From Utricularia gibba (taxonomy: Eukaryota; Plantae; Magnoliophyta), in the NCBI GenBank assembly GCA_002189035.1, contig NEEC01000010.1, forward strand, positions 3,038,001-3,102,000: 64,000 nt of DNA, given 5' to 3'. The translations under genes were made by a program, and so were the position numbers. Below are positions 11,864-24,600 of the stretch, piece after piece; position 1 is the stretch's first letter; the number at the start of each line of letters is the position of its first letter. The notes under the pieces were generated by a model. That model did no database searches, was not told the origin of the DNA, and saw only the letters and a list, made by a program, of their open reading frames with translations.

Positions 11864-13816
11864 TCAGCTGCTCAAGCCGGCCCAGTTTTTGAAGGCGATC
11901 AGTGCATCCATTTTCCTAGTGTTTCTCTTCCTCAGCTTAGATATTCTCAGCTTCTTGTGTCTCTCCATGAAGGCTTGTTTGTACCTCCACTTGTCAACGA
12001 AGATTTTCATCTCGAGAGATTTTTCAACAATTTGCATTGCTGCATCAAAGAAGCCACCCTTGACCAAGGCATATAGAAAAGCATCAATCAAACTAGCATC
12101 CAGTTTAAAGGATTTTTCTCCATCGCCAGAAATGGATTTCTTGACATCATTCCAGAGCAAAAGAACGCTGAAGTATTTCTCTTGTGCCGTGTAACCATGA
12201 ATAAGGGATAGGTATGTCTGCCCATTCGGCTCAAACCGCAGGAAAACCATCCTCCTGAAAGTCCTCCTTGCATCCTCCATTCTCCCTGCCTTGCAGAAAG
12301 CATGAATGATAGAGTTCCAGTCATGAGTTGCTATTTTGATCCTTGGATCCTCAATGACTTGGTCCAGAAATGCAGCCATCAGTTCAGGGCGGTGATGCTC
12401 GGTTAGGCCAGTCATGATCGTCAAGTAACAACCTTTCAGCTCTGATATCCTACTTTCTTTCATGTCTCGAAACAGTGAAAACGCAGATTGAAAATCTTTG
12501 CAGGACATGGCTGATTCAATAAGAGCATCATACATCCCAACGTCCAAGGCTAATCCTAAGTCACTAATTTCAGTTACCAACTGAGCAGCCTCAGCTATTC
12601 TCCGTTCTTTGCAATAAACTTTGAGAATCGGAATGTAGACACCAAGTCCAATGGAAGCTCCTTGAACATTCAGTTCCTCGAGGATTCCATGTGCCTTGTC
12701 TGGAATACCTAGAGTTATGCAAGCGCTAATAACACCATATCCAAAAGACCTTTCAACTACAACACATGATGACTCAACTTTTTGAGATTCAATGATCAAG
12801 TTGCAAAGACGCTTGTAGTCACCATTTTGGATAAATCCTGTTAAAATTTCATTATATGTTTCAGGACCAAACACTTCTCCCCCCTTCAATGCGTTCAGTA
12901 TAGTATCTGTAAGTACATCAAAATCACCAAACTTCACACGTCCACAGATCAAATTATGAAAAAATTCACTTTTGTTAGAGATACCAAGTCTATCTACCAC
13001 ATTCTCTAAGTCACTCACCTTCTCATTAAGACCCTTGCGCGCATACAAATATGCAAGTAGTCCAAAAGTAAGTTCATTAGGCTCCACGCCTAAAATCGAC
13101 ATGATCTCAACGATCTTCTCAGCATCAGTAACAGATTCAGCTTCATGGCAGTAATATTTCATAGCTGCATTACAAGCAGCCAAGTCTGGCTTCATGGAAT
13201 CCAACTTCTCATCCAAAGCAACCCTACAACTCTCATGAAAAACGCTCAAAAAACCAGAAAAGCTACCATCGTTTCTGCATATATCAAGAAGAATGCTTCC
13301 CCACATTTCAAACGGCATAAAAAACCGATTAGCCAGCAAGGCCTTTACTAATGCAAAAGCGGGGGCGCCAGTGTTGGCTGCCCGCATCGAATCCAAAAGT
13401 TGCTTCACACTTCCAAATTCCAAAAAATTTGGGTTCTTTTCCAACGCAAAAATCACCGATGCATATGCCCTCTTCAGATTGTGCACATCAAGCGTTGACG
13501 ACAAATGCGCTATTAAAGAGTTGGTCAGGGACTTGCTGGGAAACGAAGAGCAGCTTGCGAGCGTCTTGAATGATTTCCATGCCTCGTCGGTGTTTCCACT
13601 TACGAGAAGCTGTTCAAGTGACGCTTCAAGATTCAATTGTTCAGCCGGGGAACACACGTTGGGTTTTCCCCTGGATTGGGCTGCAGCCGGTTCCGCAACC
13701 TGAGCTACTCTTCTGGAAGAAAAAAGCGAGGGCTGGAGAAATGAATACAAGCTTGGAATCTCTGGTTCCGATGAGTACATCCGCCATGATAGCAGCCAAA
13801 AATCCCTCCTCCGCAT
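11864..13816 (-). CDS. P-class pentatricopeptide repeat protein, probably organelle-targeted
   Basis: Intronless 650-aa ORF with degenerate 35-aa repeats (e.g. DWNSIIHAFCKAGRMEDARRTFRRMVFLRFEPNGQ), no E/DYW extension and a transit-peptide-like N-terminus. From memory it resembles At1g69290. Confidence 0.93.
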   Translation of the reverse strand: MRRRDFWLLSWRMYSSEPEIPSLYSFLQPSLFSSRRVAQVAEPAAAQSRGKPNVCSPAEQLNLEASLEQLLVSGNTDEAWKSFKTLASCSSFPSKSLTNSLIAHLSSTLDVHNLKRAYASVIFALEKNPNFLEFGSVKQLLDSMRAANTGAPAFALVKALLANRFFMPFEMWGSILLDICRNDGSFSGFLSVFHESCRVALDEKLDSMKPDLAACNAAMKYYCHEAESVTDAEKIVEIMSILGVEPNELTFGLLAYLYARKGLNEKVSDLENVVDRLGISNKSEFFHNLICGRVKFGDFDVLTDTILNALKGGEVFGPETYNEILTGFIQNGDYKRLCNLIIESQKVESSCVVVERSFGYGVISACITLGIPDKAHGILEELNVQGASIGLGVYIPILKVYCKERRIAEAAQLVTEISDLGLALDVGMYDALIESAMSCKDFQSAFSLFRDMKESRISELKGCYLTIMTGLTEHHRPELMAAFLDQVIEDPRIKIATHDWNSIIHAFCKAGRMEDARRTFRRMVFLRFEPNGQTYLSLIHGYTAQEKYFSVLLLWNDVKKSISGDGEKSFKLDASLIDAFLYALVKGGFFDAAMQIVEKSLEMKIFVDKWRYKQAFMERHKKLRISKLRKRNTRKMDALIAFKNWAGLSS

Positions 13817-15134
13817 ACCTCAATCGTCACCTGCAGATCATGGAACTCGACCGAGGGATTTCCGCTACTCCAAATTTCGGTTGGGCCGCAGACTCAGAAC
13901 TCCAATGTAAGCAAATACAAGAGGCCCATCATCCGGCCCAATTCCTTCTCATTTCTCTTTGAATTGAAACATCTCCCATTTTCCTTCTCCAAAAGTATTT
14001 CATGTTTCTAAATGATGAAAGTTTATTAGAAAAAAGAAGAAATTATTAGGATCGATGTATGTGCGTAATTGATGATTGTGGTCAAAATACATCAAAAAAC
14101 AAAGACGTAAACTTTGATGACTCAAAAGCCCGAAATAAAAACCAGATCTAATCAACACATAGGACAAATTGATTTTATATAATAAGATAAATCAATATCA
14201 TTAACACAAAATCATATAACCAACTATATTGTCAAAGGCACATATACTATCAAAATGCTTACCCGTATACCCATCATCCACACATTACCCTTATAATCAT
14301 TAAATGTTGTTTGATAATATAATATAAAAGATTTATACCTAAGTTTATACATAAATCGCTATTTAATTAAATAACATGTGTATGACATATTTGTATAATT
14401 ATACTATTAACATACTCATTTTTTTGAGCATATAGACGATATACATAAATGAAGAGTATATCAAACGAATTCTTATTGAATAATCGTGAACAAATGATAT
14501 TTTTCAATTCACGATTGATTTGATTCGTGGAGCTTGCCGAACACACAACATAAAAGGAATGGTGACCGTACGTCAGGCTTACCGGACACGAAGCATGGGA
14601 AATCCTGCACTTGGCGCCATGTATTTCAGTGTTGCCTAATCAAATCATGATCTGGGGTGCATTGATGATGATTCCCCTCCTGAGCAATGGATAGTGGGAG
14701 TACGTGCGTCCCCTGTGAGGCCCTCATCGGGCAACCCGATGGAATCCAATACGGCTGCCCAAGTCGGGAACTTGATCGCAACAGCGGCCTAACCACGCTG
14801 CGAGCCAGAAACCCTCGCCCCAGATGCAGATAATGACAATGCGGGATGAGAATGGACCTCAGAACTTGGAGAATGATTTCCTGCACCAGACAGAGCGGAG
14901 TTCTTCTACTTCTTCGGACGCTGCGGTGCTCCAGATAGCCGAGGAGACCACCCCTTTAGACCTCACTGGTTTCTACTTTTTTCAATAAATAGTAGCAGTG
15001 CAAGGCGACGGGTAGGCGTCTGTTGTCAAGAAAAAGGAGTAGGGCAGGGTGCACGGACACTGGTGTAGGTATCTGCTTTCCAAATGGAGTGAAGTGAGCA
15101 TAATAATCAAACGGGCACGCAAATTATTGCATTG

Positions 15135-15155
15135 CTTCTTCTTCTTCTTCTTCTT
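15135..15155. repeat. (CTT)7 microsatellite
   Basis: Direct reading of the sequence. Confidence 0.85.
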
Positions 15156-15656
15156 TCACGGGCTAACTGCTGATCCTGCTGCTCCGGGCCCCTGCCATGC
15201 CATCTTTTTCAAAAGACGTTCAGAACCCACATTCATTTCGTTTCGTTGTATTGTAGACCGGAGATGGCCCCATCCCCCTCCCCTCCCGCAGACACAGACG
15301 CAGAACCAGAGCAAAAATGCTCATCCAGCCATTAAAAACCCCGCACCATTATTCGCTCCCCGCTCGTACGACACACGCATTCATTCGTTAACCATTTTTC
15401 GAGGTACTCGCTGCGGAGACCCACCTCTGGAGGGAGACTTCCCTTTTGCAAGCACACGAAAACGGTTCCAGTCATCGCTCATCTGTTAGATGGCGCCCAT
15501 AAATGTATTGGAATACTAAATTAATATACGGATGGAGTAAGCTGATTAAGTAATTAGGGTTTTGATTAGATCTCATCCATTCACTAATTTTATGAATTAG
15601 ATTATATCTTACCTAACTGTTCTTGTTATTAAAACAAAAACTATATCATATCAGAA

Positions 15657-15718
15657 AATGAAAATAGAATAATAAATATATAAAAAATAATGAAAATAGA
15701 ATAATAAATATATAAAAA
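15657..15718. repeat. 30-bp AT-rich tandem duplication
   Basis: AATGAAAATAGAATAATAAATATATAAAAA at 15657-15686 and 15689-15718. Confidence 0.85.
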
Positions 15719-17042
15719 TTATGAATTACTAGTAAACGATAGTGTATAATTTTTTTTAATATAATTTATATTTTTTATGTATTTAAAATTCACGTGTGTA
15801 CTCTTTGACTCATTGAATATTGAATTTCAACACTTCCTATATAAAATAAGATTTCTCATTTCCTGATGAATCCCTTTAGAGTAGTTGATCAAAATGACTG
15901 ATTATAAATAACTTTAGCACATGGGATTATTGTAATTACAGTTTTTTGTTTTTATATTTTCTAATTTTTTGTCAGCAAACAAAATGAATCTATAAATAAC
16001 AGGTTGAGTAACTTTCAAACCTATGAAGTATTTGGTATAGTTTCTTAAAAATCAATTTTCGATATTATAAAATAAAAGATGACATTGTGGAGAAACGTTT
16101 TTAAATCTTTATATATACAAATTATTTATATTTGATAATAAAATTAAATCTATAACGTTTTTTCAACTATTCCAAATTCAAAAGATGAAATCATTCAAGT
16201 TAAAACGAACAACATCGTATTTTTTAATTTGAACCCGTAAAAAACATTGTAATTGAGGAAAATGTGTATGAATAATTACAAATTGTTATAACTAAATGGA
16301 AAAAAATGAGGTCAAATAAAATAATAATATTATTATTCTGGAATATAGGCTTAAGATATTTCTATTTTCAGAGTCAGCAAGTTGACATTGGGAAGTTTGG
16401 AATGATATTTCTTGAGAAATTGTACAGCTGTCGTACCTCGTTTCTGGCTAAAAATCCCAAAGTGAATATTGTTTTGGATAAGAACAAACAACCTCTCCCT
16501 TCCACGTCACCCTTTCTGATCCCCTCCCCCCTCTCTCTTATTGCACACTTCTGCAAATCACAACGTGCGAAAATGAATTTTTTTTTTAATATTTTACTGA
16601 AAGCAAATCAAAATTCGATTTGTCGGCCGACTTTCCCAAGCCTGATTATTTCTTTTTCTAAAGAATACAATTAATTTAATAAATTACTGAAATACCCCCG
16701 TAAATTAGGATGAATTTTGGTAAATAAATAAATAAAAGGAATTCCAGTGGGGGCCACCACAAACTTTCTAATGTACAAAAGTATATACATCGGGGTCTTG
16801 TACGCCTCAAAGAGCGAGCGAGAGGTTACGAGAAGCTAGAAAGAAACATGAGTGAGTACATATCCGTTAGCCGGGTAAGCGGGTCCGGTCCGGTCCGTGT
16901 CCGCGAATCAAAATCGGGTGCGGGTGCGTCTGAGGTGATGAATTCGAATCAAAATGCGGTCTGGTCTTTCTCCTTTGCGGGTGAAGGGGTGGCCCTACCT
17001 CCCTCCTATCGTCATCCTGATCTCTGACAAACGGTGTTAATA

Positions 17043-18100
17043 TTAGGCCCACCCGAATTCCTGATCCGGATCGACCCGGCTGCCCCCCCGCTCCAGAGAG
17101 TTCTCCTTCCCCAGCTTCGCGTAGATTCTTTCGCGGAGCTCTCGGCCGGACTCCACCCTCTCCACGGCGGGCTCTTCCTCGAAGAGGGGCCCCAGGGGTC
17201 GAACGCGGTGGTGGGGGGGCGGGCTTTGCGGCCGTGGATCGGGGTCGTCGGGAGGCTGAGGAATCCGGGTCGGGTAGAAGGCGGCGACCCGATCCCGACA
17301 CCCCAGGCCGGTGGGCTCCCACTGAGGCCCAGGTTCATTTTCATCTTGTGGATGTGCAACCGCCCCATGGATCCGGCGAGTTGGCTCAGGTTCATCGAGT
17401 ACTCCGGCGGGGACCCGGTGGTCGGTGGTGAGGATGGAGGGGAGTAGAGCGCGGATTTGGGCGACGCGCCGAATAGATCCTGGGGCGGGAACCGACCCGG
17501 GGAAGCTTCCGGGGACGAGTACGGCAGAAGCCGGAGCTGCTCCGGGGTGTGGGCGAAGAAGCACACACGGCGTCGGCAGTGGGTCCCATCCTTGCAAGGC
17601 TGCGTCCGGTAACGCGCCGGGTGAAGCCAGCACTCGAAGACACCGTGCGCGTACTCGCACGAGTCGCCTCTCTTGCACGCTCCCTTACGGAAGTCAGGGC
17701 AGGCGGTACCGGAGTAGTGGTACTTCCGTGGGTCCCTCCGCCGCGCCTTCTCACCGGGATGCGCAAACGGGCACGCCGTCCAGTCATGGGACCTCGCCAG
17801 AGAGCATTTCTTCACCTTGAACTCAAACATCCGGAAGTCGTCGCACGAGAAGGCGTCCACCGGAATATCAAAGTCCTCCCCATCCACTCCCCCAATGTCG
17901 TCCAGGTTCGACGGGAGATACCGCTGAAGCGCGAGCAGAGCCGCAGCCGCGTCAGGGCTCCCAGCGCCGGAAGAGAAACCGCCATGCGGAATGGGAGGCG
18001 ACTGCACCATGGCCGCCGTCGGATCTTCTAGATAATGGTGATCCCATACAGGGATCTGAACCGTGGGATGAAACCGAAGCTGATTTCCAGTCATCATCAT
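17043..18100 (-). CDS. TZF: Arginine-rich tandem CCCH zinc-finger protein (RR-TZF, TZF1-3-like); -1 frameshift at 17186-17193
   Basis: First ATG is at 18100 (the ORF-track start 18115 is TTG). [20 protein letters not shown]; [32 protein letters not shown]; C-x8-C-x5-C-x3-H-type finger [19 protein letters not shown]; second finger [16 protein letters not shown]. The conserved [16 protein letters not shown] tail is in the next frame. Confidence 0.95.
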
Positions 18101-18751
18101 ACTCTCAGAGCTCAAGCGTTCCTCTCCTCTCCCTCAGTTGTTCACTCACTCTCAACCGGATGTCATGATCTCCATGAATTCGCGAAGGGGAGGTTGCAAT
18201 ATAAACTGTTGCAGGTTAACCACGGTCAGATCACATAACCATGGTTAGGTTAGATTGTCCACCTCTGCCCCTCCCTCCACTACATCCAGTACCCAGTAGC
18301 CTCGACAGGTGGCCTGGCACATACCTAAATCTTTCCCTTCACATTTACTTCAACTCTTCAAAATGATCTACTTTTGCTATCCCCATTTATTATTGGCATA
18401 AAAAAAACCCCCCTTTTTCCCTCTAATTATTTTTCTATTTTTTACTAATTAAAAAAAGAAAGAAATTTCAAGCTCAGACGACAATCAAGACCAGGGCAAT
18501 TGTGTAATTATTATTATTTCTTAGTAATTAAAAAAAGCAGTTGGGGGGCGGAGGAATCCAAAGTACGTGGAAGTTCATGGATGAGTTCGCCCCCCAAATT
18601 AGGACCACACCCAACCCTAGCTCCGGGATTCATCGTGGGCCCCGCGGCGCATTTTAACCCTCTCCACCCCCCTCTCTGTATTTAACCTACCCGTACGCCG
18701 CCGCTGCTCCCTGTGGACGGAACCTCCCCTCTCCTCCCCCCTGCTCACCGT

Positions 18752-18759
18752 CCACGTGG
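18752..18759. promoter_or_regulatory. Palindromic G-box CCACGTGG upstream of TZF
   Basis: Reads GCCACGTGG on the minus strand, about 650 bp upstream of the TZF ATG. Confidence 0.45.
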
Positions 18760-19050
18760 CTGTCTGCCCTACCGGGAAAATGAAAAATCCTTCTTTTTAT
18801 TTACCAAAATGTAAATAATTAGATTTATTTTATTACGTAATTATCGGGTATCTTCTTTTTTCACCGTGTAGATGCTTCTAGAGGCTTCCTTTTTGGGGGA
18901 ATTCAGGTACCGTACACATAACCAAACCAAACCATCTCTTTAATTAATTAAATGCTAATGAGTGTGGGTTAACCGTCCCAGAGCCGTGCAAATTGCAATT
19001 ATTTAGAGCCCAAATCCTCCATCTAATGACGGGTCAACTTGCCTAATACC

Positions 19051-19102
19051 ATCCCACATCGACTATCAAAGTCATTTCGAAACTCCCCTCGTACTATAAA
19101 TA
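19051..19102 (+). promoter_or_regulatory. snRNA-type promoter: USE plus TATA at Pol II spacing
   Basis: ATCCCACATCG (19051-19061) matches the RTCCCACATCG USE consensus exactly. TATAAATA starts at 19095, leaving a 33-nt spacer. Confidence 0.5.
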
Positions 19103-20305
19103 TTACTCCTTGCTTCGTTTTTAAAATTAATAATTTTCAATATTATTCTTTTATCGTGAAGTATTTGTTTGTGTAAAGTAATCATGAAGTATTTGTTTTT
19201 TTATGTTATTTGAATGGAAAATACTTTTTAAACAGTAGGGGCAAGTGAGGGAGAGGGGACGTGATATTACAATATTTGCGAAAGGGAAATTATTACAACG
19301 GCTTTCATAATTCCAAATAGGGACATAAAGTAATTAATAAATAAAATTTGTGCGGCAATCGCGCCCTCACTTTTGAGATTTGGAGATAGACCGACAACGT
19401 CATTTTTCTAGAATGGACCATTAATATATAATAAAATAATGCAATAATATCTTTCCATTAATTGCATTTCCACCCCCCTCAATCTCCCAAATTTGGATCC
19501 AAACCTCCTAACCCCCCCCCCCCCCCCTTCCCTTTTGCATTATCAGTCCTTTTTTTTATTTTCATAAAAAAAAAATTCTGAAAGTGTAACGATCCGTCCT
19601 GGTTTTACTGGATTGCTTCAAATGCCCAACCTCCATTGTTTTATATTATTTACTACTGGAGAAAAGTCTTCATGCTAGATTATATTATTTCTATTTAAAT
19701 ACATCTCTTCTTATATTCATAATTAATGTGGGATAATGTCATAAGACTCATGATCTTACATTTTATTTTTATTTTAAAATAATAAATAGATGGGATCGGA
19801 TTTTAAAAATAATGATTTAGATATAATAAAAAAAGGAGGTCGGGATTCAATAATTGGGCACGGGAAAAAGATGATAACATAAATTTGGTCTAGGACAAGA
19901 CCAGCCATGGACCATGCTTTTTATCGATACATCACAACTGCAATTTTTTAAAAAAATTTTAAATTTTTCTTTAGGACATAACTCGACGTTATGAAATGAT
20001 GGAAAGTGATGGCGCACGTTAATTAGGTTTCAGCGTTTTCGTAGCGTATTCATGAGACTTGTCCCGAGCTTTTTAAGGGGTCGTGGCTAACGTGTGCAGC
20101 ATGGTCGGTTCAAGTCATTTCCGGCCGGGCACTAATTAATTAATTATCTTCGGAACCCGACCCGAGATCGAGTCTACTGGGTAATTTCATTTATTTTTTT
20201 AATAATGGATTTGGATAATGTGATTAAGTAATAATTCAAGGAAGTGACCAAAATTAAAGCATGTGTCACCCTATTCCACAAAAAAATAAAAAGAAAAGGG
20301 TAGGT

Positions 20306-20412
20306 CACGTGGCGGTCATAGATCACGTGAGGTGTGGGCAGTCGCTGTCTGGGTCTGGGAGTGCACCGTACACGTGTACCGCGTCTTGGTATTGGGACAG
20401 GCGATGACGTGG
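20306..20412. promoter_or_regulatory. Cluster of G-box/ABRE elements
   Basis: CACGTG at 20306, 20324 and 20371 (the last inside the 12-bp palindrome GTACACGTGTAC, 20368-20379), plus TGACGTGG at 20405-20412. Confidence 0.55.
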
Positions 20413-21620
20413 CCTCGGGGTTTCGGATTTGATTGGGACTTGGAACCACCCTTCCTTGGCACCATCCTCTTGTAACCCGTCAAAAACAAATATTGATTTT
20501 CTTTTTTTTTTTATTTTCAGATGGTTGGATATATGAATATCTAATTAAATGTCTCACTTTGTGATGCTGGGAGAGGATAATTATTGAACTTCGAATCAAT
20601 ATTTTGAAAATGTCATTTAGGTAATTTACAACCAATTATATTATTTTAAAATACTAATTAAATCTAATCTGGTGTTCGGGTGGGCGGAACCGGGTTCGAT
20701 GGGTGAGCCGGAAGGGAGGGCGGACGTGTCATGAGATATCTTGGGGGAGTGGTGTGGTGGTGACATTATTGATTGATCCGAATCCGGGATCGGGATGGGG
20801 ATATTATTGCGACCAAGGAGAGGCTGATGTGCCTCGCCGGGTCCTAATCCAATTCAATTATTAATTATTATTTGACGCCACGCCACCACTCCAACGGTGG
20901 CAGGGCATCCCATCCCATCCCATTCTGGATTCTACCGCTCTCCCCTTCTTCTGGTTTTACGTACGGTGCCTGACTGCCTGGTGGTGAAAATGGATAAGTT
21001 GGAATCGCCCCATAATTTAAATACAATAAATTATTTTTAAGTAGCCCGGCCCCTCAAGCGTCCACGTCCCCCAGGTTCTTATCCAAAGCCTCCCCCCCAT
21101 GTGATTGGCCGACTACGTGGGGTAGGGCTAGGGTATGGTAGGGGCTTCATTTTTTGTACTTGCTACATTTTCCATAACCGTTGCTCGTGTTTAACGAACA
21201 ACCACATTTCCAAGCGTCAAACCCCGAAGCTGTAAAAAATAAGGGAGGGTGTGACTGGGAAAGTTGATGAATTTATCACCTAAAGCGAATCGTATGGGTA
21301 TCGAATGCCGATGTGCTTTTGCTGTGTGCCTCCCACCCCGCTTTATTCATCGAGGGGCTTTAGGGCTTGGGTGTGTTTGGTTGGTTGGCTTGGTCAAGGT
21401 TCCCACTCTCGGAAACAGGACTATGCCTGTCGCACACCCGACTTGAGCTAGAAGACGCACACGCGAAAAAGGAAAAGAGGGTGGGGGGGTGCGACATGAA
21501 AGCTGCTAGTCATTGGGACCTGGGAGATACCCGACAAGGAGAGCGAGTCCTCCCATCGCCATGGCGTCGTTATTGTCAAGAGACCTCAGTAGAAAAATGA
21601 TACAGGGGATAAGTCGAGAA

Positions 21621-24600
21621 TCAGGTGAGCCGTGCCCTTGGCGTGGTGCATGAGTTCTCGGCACTCGCCTTCAGGAGCTCAGTCTCTTTGGGTCCCAGAA
21701 AGCTGGGCTGATTGGTGGAGGACAGAAGCCGAGCCCACATCCTGTCTGTAATGACGACGCTGTTCTGCTTCTCGATGATGCGCTGCACAGAGACAAGGAG
21801 TTCAGGAGTTGGTTACGATGGCAAGTAGTAGTAGTAGTAGTAGTACTCTTTGTAGTGGAAGTTCTCACGTTGAAGGGTATGTATGATTGCCGTCCGTTTA
21901 CTAGGCCGGATGTGAACCCTGTGAAACCAGCCATTGCGCCATGGACAGCACTTTGAGCCAGGAGACTGCAGTACACGTTGTCGGATGCGTTGCTTGGGAT
22001 GGCTCTAATCATGTACGTTGGATCTACAAATTGAGAAGTAAGCATCCATTTGTGCAAAAATAGATAAGGTCAGATATGAAACTGCACCTACCGATGTATT
22101 TGAGTGTGATGGGCATTTTATCCAGCTTTGCAAAATGCTCCTGTTCAAAGAGGTTGGCCAACATGATCAGAAATGAATCAACGAAAGAAGTAAACAACCA
22201 CTCTTCAGGAAACATCATACAGAGACTATTGTCAAATGGAGGGATCAGGTTTAACTATTGTGTGTATAAACAGCAAAATGCAACAAAACTGCATCAAGTT
22301 ATGATATACCCTGATTTTCTGAGACAGCCATAGCCCAACGTCCTGAAGAAGTTTGTTTCCTGAAGCATCTCGCTCATCCTTTGCTCCAAGAAGGTCAAGA
22401 CCAGCTCCTTCCGCAATAACAATGACCATATGCCCGTTTTCTTTGAGTCTCTTCTCAATATATTCATAAAGTCCACCCTTTCCATCAAGATAAAAAGGTG
22501 ATTCAGGAATCAAACAACAGTCCACATCTCGGCTAGCCAGTGTAGCGTACATAGTAATGAAGCCTGCAAAACAGACCAACCGATTCTCATGAATAAATTA
22601 CACAAAAAATATGGCAACAGAGATGATAAAAGTTTTAAACGGGAAGTATGGCCTGAACAGGTTCCGGGTGCACAACAATGGCAGCATTGCTTGAAATACA
22701 TGTGAAACAGAAGAAGGCATGTGATATAGAACATATGAGACAATTAAAGAAATGAGCATATTCTACAATATAAACAAAATATAGAAGAGACAAAGCACTT
22801 TCAACCCACCACAATAGCGACCCATCAGTTTCACTAAGCCAATTCCATTCTCTGCACTTTCAGCTTCAACATGTGCAGCATTTATGGCACGCTGTGCCTC
22901 CTCTACAGCCGTATCAAAACCAAATGACTTATCGATTACCTGGTAACATCATCCAAATAAGAGGAATAGGCTAAGACCGGGAAGGGGAAGCATTCATAAT
23001 AATTTATCTAAAGTCTTAGCGAAATGATTTATTTCGGTCTATTGCAAAGGACTGCTGATCCCTCGAACCCACACACAAGTAAATAATACACAACAAATAA
23101 CACTGCAACAATGGTTTCGCAGATGACACTGAAGAGAATAAACATATTCAGAAAATGTCAAAACTCCACCTAGATGGCACTATCTAGAGAAGCTCACTCC
23201 AGCGCAATGCCATGCCTATAATACAACGACAAGCCAATACAGTTAAAAAGTTATCATTCAAATACCGGAATGTCGTTGTCGATTGTCTTAGGAATCCCAA
23301 CAACGGCAACCTTCAGACCACGCTTTCTGATTTCCTGTAAAACAATTGAGCCCACCAAAGTCAATGGATCAAATACGAATGAAGATAACTAAATAAGGAC
23401 AATTAGATGATAATACCTTATAGATTGCAGCTGCTCCCTTTTGAGTACCATCTCCTCCAATTATGTAAACCTGAACCACAGCACCAATCACAAAATAAAG
23501 GCTATGGTTACAAGCCATGCCAAACACAGAAATAATGATGAAGAGAATGCATTACTTATGGCAGAAAAATTGTAAAAGCACTTCTTTAGCATCAGAATAG
23601 CACGACACCTGGTTGATTCCGCGGTCTTGAATGCTATCAACAATCTTTGTGGTATCATGCCCACCTCGCGATGTTCCAATGATTGTCCCACCGCGTTTAT
23701 GTATGTCATTGACAATCTTTGGGGTCAATTCTATAGTATTTTTTGAATAGAAACCCCTGTAGCCTCCCTGTTAAACGAAGAGTTACCATGAAAACGAATA
23801 CACAGAAAGAAAGTAAAGGAATAGCAATCGGGGCTTTTAGCAGCATCACGTTTACCAAAAAATTCCGAGCACTAAAGCGGAATTTATCTTCAAAAAACAA
23901 AAGGTTCACAATCATCCCAACTCTTTGTTGGTGTAAGAAAAAGAAAAGTGCAAATAAAATACCGAAATGCTAATGAACTTACATCAATACCCAGGACTTT
24001 GTTAACACCATACATATAATCAAGGCTATACACGATCTCTCTGATAACTGTGTTCAGCCCAGGGCACAGACCACCACACGTCACAATGCAAGCGAGTACA
24101 TCATCTGAAGCAAAGTACACCTGCCCAAATAAACACAAACTCAACTAACATTCAACCGACGTCCATAAGAAAAGAGAACAAACCTTTTGACGAGGTCCTG
24201 CTCGTCTAAAATGTATTCCCCTTGGAGTATCCTTGTGAACTACAATCTGGCATTGCAACAACCATATAAGATGCTCAACTTAGAGATGAATTTCACGCAC
24301 AGAGAACAATTAGCATTTGAAATTCGCATCAAGTTACAGATATTTAAAAACGAAAAAACTTACAGTTACCACGACAGAACATAAAACGTGTGACATTGGA
24401 AATCACCTTTTCAGGAATACTATCATCCATGTCAACAAAATACTGCCTAGAAATCAAAAGAAAATTCCAATTTATTGAACATCACTATTGAAAAAGATCA
24501 TAGGGGAGAACCAGATTGAACTTACTTCACAACTGAATATGCAGGATTGGAACGAAGTGGATTGGGGTATGCCTGCCAAAAAAAAAAAAAAAAAAAAAAA

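Noticed and set aside
16867-18031. Several 130-160-aa overlapping and antisense ORFs at the TZF locus
   Set aside because: Shadow frames of a GC-rich exon. Only the tail of the 17043-17678 frame is real, as the post-frameshift C-terminus.
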